This document shows, piece by piece, positions 36,978-45,081 of a DNA stretch of 64,000 nt. Source of the stretch: a virus (lineage: Duplodnaviria; Caudoviricetes). The stretch spans positions 32,001 to 96,000 of the IMG/VR virus record IMGVR_UViG_3300032335_000777; one strand, written 5' to 3'. The notes under the pieces were generated by a model, which saw only the letters and a list, made by a program, of their open reading frames with translations, did no database searches and was not told the DNA's origin. Position 1 is the stretch's first letter; each line of letters opens with the position of its first letter. The position numbers and the translations under genes were made by a program.

Positions 36978-37955
36978 TTAATTATATCTTCTTCTATATC
37001 CCCAACGATTTGTTCTGTTAGGAAGCTCATACATAGCAAATTTATTCAATTGTTGTCTTATTCTACGCTGCTTAGTCCAGACATCTTGCTTCTTAATTTC
37101 AATGTCTGCCATGATGAATGCCTCGTCAGAAAGACTCTTGTAATATACAAGCTTTTGTTGAAGCTGATTAAATGTTTCATCATTGGTTTGATTAACCAAC
37201 ATTTCAAACACTTTGTATTTAATAAAGTGCTCTAGATATTCTCTAATACGATAATTATCAGGAATAAGCTGGTTTCCAAGACTGTCGTAATCTTGAGCAT
37301 AGAAAACAAGATGGACAACGCCATTTCTGAAATTCGTAACAAACTTGTTGTCTCTAATATCGAATGAATCATAAGTGGATGAACCTGGTGTAAAGTTATG
37401 AATTGGAACAGATCCTTGACCATACATCTCCCAGTTATCTGTATAGTTAACATCACAATGTCCTCTTGCAGAAATGTTTCCTGGCTTTAGAAGATATTGT
37501 CTCTGGTAGGTCATTGCTGTCTCATTGTTTGTCTTGTAGACAGTTTGCATGAACTCAGGCATACAAGAGCCATCACATCCTACATTTCCACAACAAGGAC
37601 TTTCAGTAGAACAAGCCGTAGTGATTGGACTCACCTGTATAGTGGTTTGTGTAGATGCTTGAGAATAGAATGAGTTGGCTGTTTGATATGGGAAACCATT
37701 AATCACTGTACACATCCATGCTTCACGAACAGCATAAAAGTTATCTGGAAGTCTTGCTTCGAAGTTATCAACAACAAGAGCTGTCTCAGCTATCACGTAT
37801 GTAGCTCTTCCCAGCTTTCTAAGACATTTGTCTAGATAGGTGGGGAATAACAAATCATCTACAGCACCTGTATCAAAGTAGCTTTTCAATTCTTCTTTGA
37901 CAGTGGAGTAGATTGGATCTGGGCTTACGAAGTTAAATTTATAGTAATATGCCAT
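36978..37955 (-). CDS. Tail ring/tubular protein (325 aa)
   Basis: ARLPDNFY...LIPDNYRIREYLEHFIKYK pattern. Position between the HU-like gene and the muzzle gene. Confidence 0.55.
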   Translation of the reverse strand: MAYYYKFNFVSPDPIYSTVKEELKSYFDTGAVDDLLFPTYLDKCLRKLGRATYVIAETALVVDNFEARLPDNFYAVREAWMCTVINGFPYQTANSFYSQASTQTTIQVSPITTACSTESPCCGNVGCDGSCMPEFMQTVYKTNNETAMTYQRQYLLKPGNISARGHCDVNYTDNWEMYGQGSVPIHNFTPGSSTYDSFDIRDNKFVTNFRNGVVHLVFYAQDYDSLGNQLIPDNYRIREYLEHFIKYKVFEMLVNQTNDETFNQLQQKLVYYKSLSDEAFIMADIEIKKQDVWTKQRRIRQQLNKFAMYELPNRTNRWGYRRRYN

Positions 37956-37957
37956 TT

Positions 37958-38437
37958 TTAATTACGATTCCATGTTGCATAAATATGTTGGTACTTCTCG
38001 TCAACTTTCAAATAGTGGTTAATCAATCTAGAGTTTTGTCTTGTTGGTTTGAATAGCCACAAATCAGAAAACTTAAATCTACAAGATCTTTTAAACCACT
38101 TCCATCCAAAGTAATAACCTTCTGTATGGTAGTTGAAGTTGTAAATGTACTTTCCCTTCTCTCTAGTTTTTTTCCAGTCGATTGGAAGATTTATATACTC
38201 TTTACCATCAACTATTGTGGTTCTCACTCTTTTCTTTTTGTTGATTGCAAAGTCTCCTATTCCACATGGGAGTTTCACCTTCTCCCCTGTTTCAAGCATG
38301 TGTTCAACAAACATCTCATTGAAACCATAAACAACTCTCTTCCAGTCATCGAAAGAGAGGTTTATTTCAGGTTTCTCACTCTTGAAATTATTGTAGTTTT
38401 CTTTTGAGGCACTTCGCCAATCTATTGGTACTCTCAT
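37958..38437 (-). CDS. HU/IHF-like DNA-binding protein (159 aa)
   Basis: MLETGEKVKLPCGIGDFAINKKK plus IDWKKT...NYHTEGY...FKPTR, as in the crAss-like IHF homologue of the tail module. Basic composition. Confidence 0.65.
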   Translation of the reverse strand: MRVPIDWRSASKENYNNFKSEKPEINLSFDDWKRVVYGFNEMFVEHMLETGEKVKLPCGIGDFAINKKKRVRTTIVDGKEYINLPIDWKKTREKGKYIYNFNYHTEGYYFGWKWFKRSCRFKFSDLWLFKPTRQNSRLINHYLKVDEKYQHIYATWNRN

Positions 38438-39162
38438 CTAAATTGTGGTGAGTTTGGTGATTGACCATCTATTCCATCATCAGTCATGTCAGTCTTCAGA
38501 TTGAAATAGCTCTGTAGAAGCTTCTGTGAGGTTAGATCTAGCACTTGCTTCTCCAAGTATCCTGGAAGAGCAAACTCTTTATCTAAAGGGTTCTGACAAA
38601 GCTGGTCAGTCGTATAACTTGGAGTTCCACATCCACATTCAGGGTACATAATATCGTTAGGTACGTCTTCTTCAAATAAAGCTACGAATCTAACAGCCTG
38701 TAATGCTGGATTGTTGACATAAAGATAACCATTTGAAATCCAGAAATACAGTTGATTTTTAATAACAGGAAGTTTTAATAGATTAAGATAACGATTGACA
38801 GTGATCTCTTTTATCTTGGTGCCTTGTCCAGACATTGCGTTTATTGAATAAACACCTTGAATAACATATTGATAATTTCCTTCAGATATTCTAGGAAGTT
38901 GATATGTTGATCTTGCAACAGAACAAGGATCTGCATAATTACAGCATTCTGAGATGGGCACCTCACACATTTCCAAGCATGGAATTGTCGTGAAAAGTGT
39001 ATCTGTTGCCCAGAGTTTTCTAAGATTGGTTTCTCTTTTTATCAACAATAGTGCATTATTCCGCACTTCAGAGGCAATTGCTCTGTCTGTGATAAGACTA
39101 TCTGTTGATATGATTTTGTGCGTGCTCCTAACGTCAGAGACTAGCTTTCTTAATGTTGACAT
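38434..39162 (-). CDS. Tail ring protein (probable start at ATG 39162)
   Basis: MSTLRKLVSDVR...IPCLEMCEV...LPRI...YFWISNGYLY...ALFEED...FALPGYLE. The track's TTG start at 39198 falls inside a promoter motif. Confidence 0.55.
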   Translation of the reverse strand: MSTLRKLVSDVRSTHKIISTDSLITDRAIASEVRNNALLLIKRETNLRKLWATDTLFTTIPCLEMCEVPISECCNYADPCSVARSTYQLPRISEGNYQYVIQGVYSINAMSGQGTKIKEITVNRYLNLLKLPVIKNQLYFWISNGYLYVNNPALQAVRFVALFEEDVPNDIMYPECGCGTPSYTTDQLCQNPLDKEFALPGYLEKQVLDLTSQKLLQSYFNLKTDMTDDGIDGQSPNSPQFR

Positions 39163-39195
39163 CTTGTGTTGCTGATTTTCAGAGTTATATGTACT

Positions 39196-39203
39196 CAAAT
39201 TTA
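39196..39203 (-). promoter_or_regulatory. Bacteroidota sigma70 -7 element (TAAATTTG)
   Basis: TAnnTTTG match just downstream of a terminator and upstream of the ATG at 39162. Confidence 0.5.
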
Positions 39204-39216
39204 ATCATTTTTCCAA

Positions 39217-39250
39217 ATAAAAACTCCCAGACATTAAATGCCTGGGAGAA
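39217..39250 (-). terminator. Intrinsic terminator
   Basis: Minus strand CTCCCAGGCAT-TTA-ATGTCTGGGAG followed by TTTTTATTT. Confidence 0.65.
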
Positions 39251-39326
39251 ACTCTACAAAACCAATAAAGTAGAGTTTATTTGAATTTAGTTTATAGATA
39301 CACACAAACTTTTAATTTATGTGTTA

Positions 39327-39842
39327 CTAGCAAGAAGTTGCTGCACTTAACACTCCTCCACTTGATACTGTCCACTTAGTGCTCAAATTGGTTATGTAAA
39401 TATATCCACTATAAGTAGTTGTCAAACCACTGTTGGTATATAAAACTACACCATTTGCTAGTACAGGAACAGATGTATACAATATAGGTAGTAGTATAGC
39501 TGACGTACATGGATTTGCAATATTTGCCAGTCCTCCTAAATACCAAGAATAAAATCCAGGTCTTGAAGTTGTTGTACTAGTTGTACTGGTTGTTGGACCA
39601 GCTGATGTACTGGTTGTGGTTGTTGTAGGTGGTGTTGGAGAAATCTGTGCTTCTATAATAGCAATTGCATTATCAATCTTCTGTAATGCAACTGTGAGAT
39701 TATCACAGCTTTGTATTCCTGTTCCTGCTAGGTTTGGTCCTATATATTTTACATTTTCAGAAGAAACAAATTCACAATGGTCACCGCTGCAACCACATGG
39801 ACCTAAAGATCCGCATCCTGGGCAATTAGTATTAAATGGCAT
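39327..39842 (-). CDS. Small Cys-rich virion/fibre-associated protein with Thr-rich linker (171 aa)
   Basis: CPGCGSLGPCGC N-terminus, VKYIGPNL..GIQSCDNLTVALQKID module, PPTTTTTSTS linker and a beta-rich C-terminal domain. Confidence 0.6.
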   Translation of the reverse strand: MPFNTNCPGCGSLGPCGCSGDHCEFVSSENVKYIGPNLAGTGIQSCDNLTVALQKIDNAIAIIEAQISPTPPTTTTTSTSAGPTTSTTSTTTSRPGFYSWYLGGLANIANPCTSAILLPILYTSVPVLANGVVLYTNSGLTTTYSGYIYITNLSTKWTVSSGGVLSAATSC

Positions 39843-39846
39843 AGTT

Positions 39847-40983
39847 TTATGGAATATACATTATGTAATATGCACCTATTGTAGGCTGGATGTTATTGTG
39901 TGATAGACCACCACCTGTTACATCAACAACTACACTAGTACTGGTAGTAACAACTACTGTTGCATTGCTAGTTGGCCCTCTATCAGCAGTTCCTACTGTT
40001 TGTTTAAGATTGTAAGAGTAGTTATCGCCTGCATCAAACAAAGTATCAAGAGTCTGTGTATCTAAATCTCCAGCTTGTGCACCACTCTTAGCAATGAAGT
40101 GACTGTGAGGAGTAGCTGTTGATGTAGATGTACCTGTAGCTGTGTGCGTGTGCGAAGGAATTTGATTTGTTGTTAAAGTGACATTGTTCGCACCTGCTAA
40201 ACCATTCAATGAATAGCTCGGATTACCTGGTGTAGATGGATTGACAATTGAACTCATTGTTATTGTACCAGCCATAGTTCCATCTGTAGTTCCTACAGCA
40301 ACACGTCCTCTCTTGTCTGGTGTACCATTGCTACCATTACACAAATATACGTTTGCAAACAAACCAGAGCCTGCTCCTGTAATATCAAAGCCTGTAATAG
40401 GACCATAGTATTCATACGCAATGTATGGTACCATTTTGTTTCTGTACAAATTAGATGGAGCAATACTGTTTAAATATGCTTGAATAAGCGCATTTAAGTC
40501 GGCCAGTTTAACATAGTTTGTATCAACATCAAGCTCTAGTGCTGTTAGATCAGCAGCTGTTGAGCACAGCTTATTAATAGCTGCTTGGAGAATGTCGTGT
40601 GTATCAGAAGATGCTGTTACACCTGTAAGACATCCAATTGTGTAATTGGCATTAAGGGTGGTGAGTGTTGACTCAATTGCTGTAACACTGGTTTTTAAAG
40701 CGCAAATTGATTTTATCAGTGCTGAGATGACATTATTAAGTGTAATGGTACCAGACCCTGGAAGAAACCCACTCACCAATGGGCAGAGATCAGCTGGATT
40801 AATGACAGGAATAACCCCATTACCAGTAGACAAATTTATAATGAATGTTGAAATTTGTAATTCAACACTAGCAAGTGTATCACCATTGGAAATACCCAAG
40901 GCAGGAATATTAAATCCTGTATATCTTACGCACTGATCAGATATGATTTCTGTGCATCCGTTAAAGCAATTAGAGCAGCTCAT
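39847..40983 (-). CDS. Tail collar domain-containing fibre protein (378 aa)
   Basis: LCNGSNGTPDKRGRVAVG...VTLTTNQIPSHTH...GGGLSHNNIQPTIGAYYIM is the phage tail-collar/short-fibre signature. Confidence 0.75.
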   Translation of the reverse strand: MSCSNCFNGCTEIISDQCVRYTGFNIPALGISNGDTLASVELQISTFIINLSTGNGVIPVINPADLCPLVSGFLPGSGTITLNNVISALIKSICALKTSVTAIESTLTTLNANYTIGCLTGVTASSDTHDILQAAINKLCSTAADLTALELDVDTNYVKLADLNALIQAYLNSIAPSNLYRNKMVPYIAYEYYGPITGFDITGAGSGLFANVYLCNGSNGTPDKRGRVAVGTTDGTMAGTITMSSIVNPSTPGNPSYSLNGLAGANNVTLTTNQIPSHTHTATGTSTSTATPHSHFIAKSGAQAGDLDTQTLDTLFDAGDNYSYNLKQTVGTADRGPTSNATVVVTTSTSVVVDVTGGGLSHNNIQPTIGAYYIMYIP

Positions 40984-41250
40984 TTATTTATATTTTAGAA
41001 GTTTCACTTTACTAGCTATTTGACATACGCTAAATTGACTAGCGTAATCTGGGTTACAATACTTATATGTCAAGATTCTTCTATAATTTAGAAGATCTAT
41101 CAATGTTGTAAATGGAACAGGCATATTCAATGCAAACACAGTGTTGTTGTAAAGATTCTTTGCAACTTCTGTAATCTTACATTCGATATCCTGCAACAAT
41201 GTTGGAATTTCAACGCATTCAGGACAAGACGTTAATCTAGGTTGTAACAT
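40984..41250 (-). CDS. Hypothetical structural protein (88 aa)
   Basis: ATG start, abuts its neighbours in the late operon, Cys-containing. Confidence 0.65.
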   Translation of the reverse strand: MLQPRLTSCPECVEIPTLLQDIECKITEVAKNLYNNTVFALNMPVPFTTLIDLLNYRRILTYKYCNPDYASQFSVCQIASKVKLLKYK

Positions 41251-41255
41251 ATCTT

Positions 41256-41384
41256 TTAATTTTTATCTGATGGTGGAACAACTGTGATTTCATCTTTTTT
41301 CTTCTGTGCACAAAATGCACACAATCCATTTTTCAGATTGCATCCACACCCAACACTTGCTCCACATCTTGAACACTTTGCCAT
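41256..41384 (-). CDS. 42-aa Cys-rich microprotein (MAKCSRCGASVGCGCNLKNGLCAFCAQKKKDEITVVPPSDKN)
   Basis: Below the ORF-track size cut-off. ATG at 41384, one base after the upstream stop; TAA at 41256-41258. Fills the gap in the operon. Confidence 0.7.
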   Translation of the reverse strand: MAKCSRCGASVGCGCNLKNGLCAFCAQKKKDEITVVPPSDKN

Positions 41385-41385
41385 A

Positions 41386-41952
41386 TTAATAATAGGTTGT
41401 TACTGTTGCATAATTATTTCCTGAACATCCACAGTTGTTTCTTAAGAAATTGTTCAGCATTTTGTCAGCTTGAAGATACAATCTATTTGCTTCAACTGTA
41501 GCACAATTATTTGCAGCTGCTATAGCTCCGTTAATAAAGAATGATATAGTTGTAAGCTCCACCTTAGATTGTGTCTTAATCGCTCTATCGCACTCCATCA
41601 TATCAAGTCTCATGAATGCTCCATCAAACTTCTCTTGAAGTCTTTCTACACGCATGATTGTTCTTTCAACAAAGTTTACGTTTGCTGGAGCCACTGAATA
41701 CTTTAGATAGTAGATGCCATCAGGAAGTGGGTCGTTAGTAACTGTTGAAATTCCTAAGTTAACACTTGTGAACACATTCAACGAATTAACAACAAATGGA
41801 ATATTAACTATGCCAAAGTTGGGAACATTTATCTCAATAGATGGAGATGTAACATTTGGTGGTGTAGTTGGATACGTAGATGCGTCAGCAACAGCCATTG
41901 TTAGCGTGTTGTATGTTGGCACTACAAGAATATCTAAATTCAAAGTTGGCAT
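41386..41952 (-). CDS. Putative structural protein (188 aa)
   Basis: VADASTYP...LPDGIYYLKYSV beta-rich N-terminus and helical Cys-containing C-terminus, in the late operon. Confidence 0.6.
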   Translation of the reverse strand: MPTLNLDILVVPTYNTLTMAVADASTYPTTPPNVTSPSIEINVPNFGIVNIPFVVNSLNVFTSVNLGISTVTNDPLPDGIYYLKYSVAPANVNFVERTIMRVERLQEKFDGAFMRLDMMECDRAIKTQSKVELTTISFFINGAIAAANNCATVEANRLYLQADKMLNNFLRNNCGCSGNNYATVTTYY

Positions 41953-41962
41953 GGGAGTTATA

Positions 41963-42011
41963 AATAAAATGCCAGAGGATTTTGAGAACTAATCCTCTCA
42001 CCCTCTGGCAT
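41963..42011 (-). terminator. Long hairpin/terminator after the putative auxiliary capsid gene
   Basis: Minus strand ATGCCAGAGG...CCTCTGGCAT inverted repeat followed by TTTATTT. Confidence 0.6.
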
Positions 42012-42040
42012 AGGTTGTAGAAATTTTAACTTACCTACTA

Positions 42041-43228
42041 TTAAGGAATCAAAGTGCTAGTAGTGGTAGTAGTTGTTGGAGGTGTAGAAGTTGTAGTGGT
42101 GGTTGTAGTGATACAAGCATTGTTATCAAGTACAGTACCAAGAGCAGCTTCAAGAACAGCTTCAACAGCAGCAGAAATACCAGCATTACCTGGAGTGGCA
42201 GCGTTAGGAACAGCAACAATCACCATGCTATCCTCATAGATGTAATCACCCCACTGATAAGCAGAACGATCGAACTGGTTGAACTTGATGTAATAGGTGT
42301 TATAGATAACGCCAGTGCTTACATAAGTCTCAAAGTTCTCGTTGTATCCATTCATTCTGTACAAGTGCTTCAAGTAACCAGCCTGATAGCTGTAGAAGTT
42401 CTTCTCAAGCTGAGCAATTTCTTCAGCAGTACCAGTTGGGTAAGAAGATCTCTGAACAACAACAGGGTTAGCTACGATATCACAGTTGTCAGCAACGATG
42501 AAGTCAGCAGTGGTAGCAGGACCTTGGTAAACGAAAGTACGGAAGTACATTCTGTCATATTCCCAAGGGAATGCAGCAATATCGCAAGGCTGGCCATATT
42601 TGGTAAGAGGCTTACCAGAAATACGAAGAACAGCACTAGCATTGTTACCAATTCTTTGGAATGTGTAGAAGTCAGACAATGTGATGTTGTCAGGGTTGTT
42701 GCCAGGAGCTGCAAGACTCAATTGGAAAATAAATTGATCAATCAATGCAGGCACGTTGACATCAGCGCAAGGATCAGCACCACAATCACAGCAAGGAGCT
42801 TGTACAGTTACTGAACGGGTGAAACCGTTGAAGTACAAGGTGTCAAGATAACTAGAATGAGCTCTTAGAGTAAGAGTAACAACTTCTCCACACTGTACAC
42901 TCCAATTACCTACATCAGTAATTTGGACAGCAGGAGTACCGCAACCTGATACTTTGTACCATTCAGTTACGTTAGAAGAGCAACCTGAACCAGAAGGACA
43001 ACCCTTGATTTTATCAGAACGCTTAGAGCCTTGTAGGTAGGTGTTTTGTCTACCTTGAGCTACATAGAAGTATGGAGCAGCAGCAATATTGCCAGCTGTA
43101 GCCACACTGTAATCGTTTCTGAAGAAACCAACTTGACCAGCAGTTAGATCCTGAGTAGAACCAGTGCTAGGGAGCGAAGTTTGCCCTACTGGAACTACAA
43201 AAAGGGTGGTTAACGAGAAATCAGCCAT
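42041..43228 (-). CDS. Abundant structural protein, probable auxiliary capsid protein (395 aa), with Thr-rich C-tail
   Basis: Downstream of MCP and ring gene. Codon bias resembles the MCP gene, and a terminator follows. Ends CITTTTTTTSTPPTTTTTTSTLIP. Confidence 0.55.
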   Translation of the reverse strand: MADFSLTTLFVVPVGQTSLPSTGSTQDLTAGQVGFFRNDYSVATAGNIAAAPYFYVAQGRQNTYLQGSKRSDKIKGCPSGSGCSSNVTEWYKVSGCGTPAVQITDVGNWSVQCGEVVTLTLRAHSSYLDTLYFNGFTRSVTVQAPCCDCGADPCADVNVPALIDQFIFQLSLAAPGNNPDNITLSDFYTFQRIGNNASAVLRISGKPLTKYGQPCDIAAFPWEYDRMYFRTFVYQGPATTADFIVADNCDIVANPVVVQRSSYPTGTAEEIAQLEKNFYSYQAGYLKHLYRMNGYNENFETYVSTGVIYNTYYIKFNQFDRSAYQWGDYIYEDSMVIVAVPNAATPGNAGISAAVEAVLEAALGTVLDNNACITTTTTTTSTPPTTTTTTSTLIP

Positions 43229-43253
43229 TTTTTTGTTTGTTTGTTAAGTTTAT

Positions 43254-43985
43254 TTATTCATTTGTTTGTATTCTGAACTGGGCACTTTGTACCGCAGACG
43301 CATTCTCTGTATACATTGCTAGGTTCTGGACAGTTAAATCAACTAACTCGTCTTCCAGATAGGCTTCAAGTTCGCAATCAACGTCTGTTGAGGGTTGACC
43401 ATCGAATCTGATGTAGCCTGTCTTATCAATGTAGATGGGGTATCTCATGTACGAAATGTATATCGCAGTTGGAGTGAACGTTCCGTCAGTGAATATACTA
43501 ATTTCATCTGAAGAGATAAAATTAAATGTTTCTTGATATTCAAAGGATGGCTTGTAGTGAACATTATTCAATAAGAATTGTAAGTCACCATGTTTTGCCA
43601 AATCTTTATTTATCCAGATTTGTCGATCCTTACACACGCCTTTGTCAGCTAAAATATAACTGTCAATATAAAACATGTACTTTGGATCAAGTAAATCAAT
43701 ATCAGCTGCCCACTGATTTAGTGTTTGGTTTTTGAGATGAAGATTTAACACGCCAGCATTGTAATTAATTACAAGTTTTTGTAAGTCTTCATAACGCTTT
43801 TTGAAAGCGTCTAGTCCCATTCCACTAACAACACTAAATCCATCAACCTTTTGTTTGATGAGCTTAATCTGGGCCTCATTGAGAGCCAGAATTTTATCTT
43901 CGAGTTGAATCTGCTGATGCTCATTAGTTGATAGTTTATTTAGTTTTTGATCAATTTTATATAATAAACTATCTACAGGTATCAT
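43254..43985 (-). CDS. Tail ring/head-tail connector protein (243 aa)
   Basis: KLNKLSTN...LNEAQ...KRYEDLQKL...ISYMRYP...DCEL...ELVDLTV, typical of crAss-like ring proteins. Confidence 0.55.
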   Translation of the reverse strand: MIPVDSLLYKIDQKLNKLSTNEHQQIQLEDKILALNEAQIKLIKQKVDGFSVVSGMGLDAFKKRYEDLQKLVINYNAGVLNLHLKNQTLNQWAADIDLLDPKYMFYIDSYILADKGVCKDRQIWINKDLAKHGDLQFLLNNVHYKPSFEYQETFNFISSDEISIFTDGTFTPTAIYISYMRYPIYIDKTGYIRFDGQPSTDVDCELEAYLEDELVDLTVQNLAMYTENASAVQSAQFRIQTNE

Positions 43986-44950
43986 ACAGAAGCGAGTTTC
44001 TTAGATTTCAACTTTTGTTCTAGAGTGATTAGTTCGTCTTGATTATCATCATTAGCTAAGAACTTCACCAACTCTTCTTCATCTTTTGCTAGTTCAAATT
44101 CACCTTCAAAGACACGTCCACTGGACTTAACTCTGTAAACTGAATGTGCAATAGCTTGCTTAACCAAATCTTTGATATGGAGTAAATTTTCCTTCATGTC
44201 TGCAAATCTGTTAAACACTTCGATTGTTGACAATCCTTGGTATTTACCAGACTTGAATTCAGTCTGCTTGAGAATATTATCCACTTGATTATACACAAAA
44301 TCTTCTTTGGAATCTTCTGTAACTGGAAGTCCTAAAAGTCTTGCCACCTTTCTTTTCTTCTCAGGAGTCATTGTATCAAACTTGGAGATTGCCTTGTTGA
44401 TCAATTGTTTCTTCTTGAAGATTACAGCATTTTCGATATCATCATCTACAACGTAGAATTGTGTATCTGCTGGATAGTCACCTCTTTCCCATGCTTGGTA
44501 AGAACTAGCAACAGTTGGATGAACTCTCAACCAAGAGAAAGCAAGTTCTTGAAAAGGCACTGTTAAATCGAAGTAGTTATCACCATCAAGAAGTTTTACA
44601 GTTTGCACATGAGTAGTGTCGTCTGTAGACTTTGATAAACCATAGTTCCAGAAAATAGCTCTTGGTCCAAGATCTATTCCTCCTAGAGCATCTTCAAGCT
44701 TCTTTCTTAGCTCTGTTACACGTTCAACTTCTAGCTCACGCTCTGTAGGATCAGCAATTCTTTTGATGTAAGCAGCATCAGCATCTAAGCCTGTTCTGTA
44801 TCTTCCATCAAGTTCCTTGTAAGGATATTTAAAAACTCCAGTTCCTGGAATTCTAGATAGCCCTCTTTGTGATAATCCTCCTTGCATGGTTTGCATGCCA
44901 GAACTGTTGTACTCCTTCTTAATCGTGGAGATTTTCCCTAATTTACCCAT
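43982..44950 (-). CDS. Conserved crAss-like protein downstream of MCP (322 aa)
   Basis: Long ORF at a conserved syntenic position, with RYRTGLD and LVKQAI..SV motifs. Function not recognised. Confidence 0.6.
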   Translation of the reverse strand: MGKLGKISTIKKEYNSSGMQTMQGGLSQRGLSRIPGTGVFKYPYKELDGRYRTGLDADAAYIKRIADPTERELEVERVTELRKKLEDALGGIDLGPRAIFWNYGLSKSTDDTTHVQTVKLLDGDNYFDLTVPFQELAFSWLRVHPTVASSYQAWERGDYPADTQFYVVDDDIENAVIFKKKQLINKAISKFDTMTPEKKRKVARLLGLPVTEDSKEDFVYNQVDNILKQTEFKSGKYQGLSTIEVFNRFADMKENLLHIKDLVKQAIAHSVYRVKSSGRVFEGEFELAKDEEELVKFLANDDNQDELITLEQKLKSKKLASV

Positions 44951-45041
44951 TACGTAGTTATTTGATTATTATTGGTTTGTTTGCAGAGTGCACCAATCAA
45001 ATGGCTAGGCTCACTGACCCACACTCTGTTTTAAAGAGGAA

Positions 45042-45079
45042 TAAAACTCCCCTCATGATTAACACGAGGGGAGATTTTA
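45042..45079 (-). terminator. Intrinsic terminator after the major capsid gene
   Basis: CTCCCCTC(45047-54)/GAGGGGAG(45066-73) stem, with a T-run on both sides. Confidence 0.7.
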
Positions 45080-45081
45080 TA

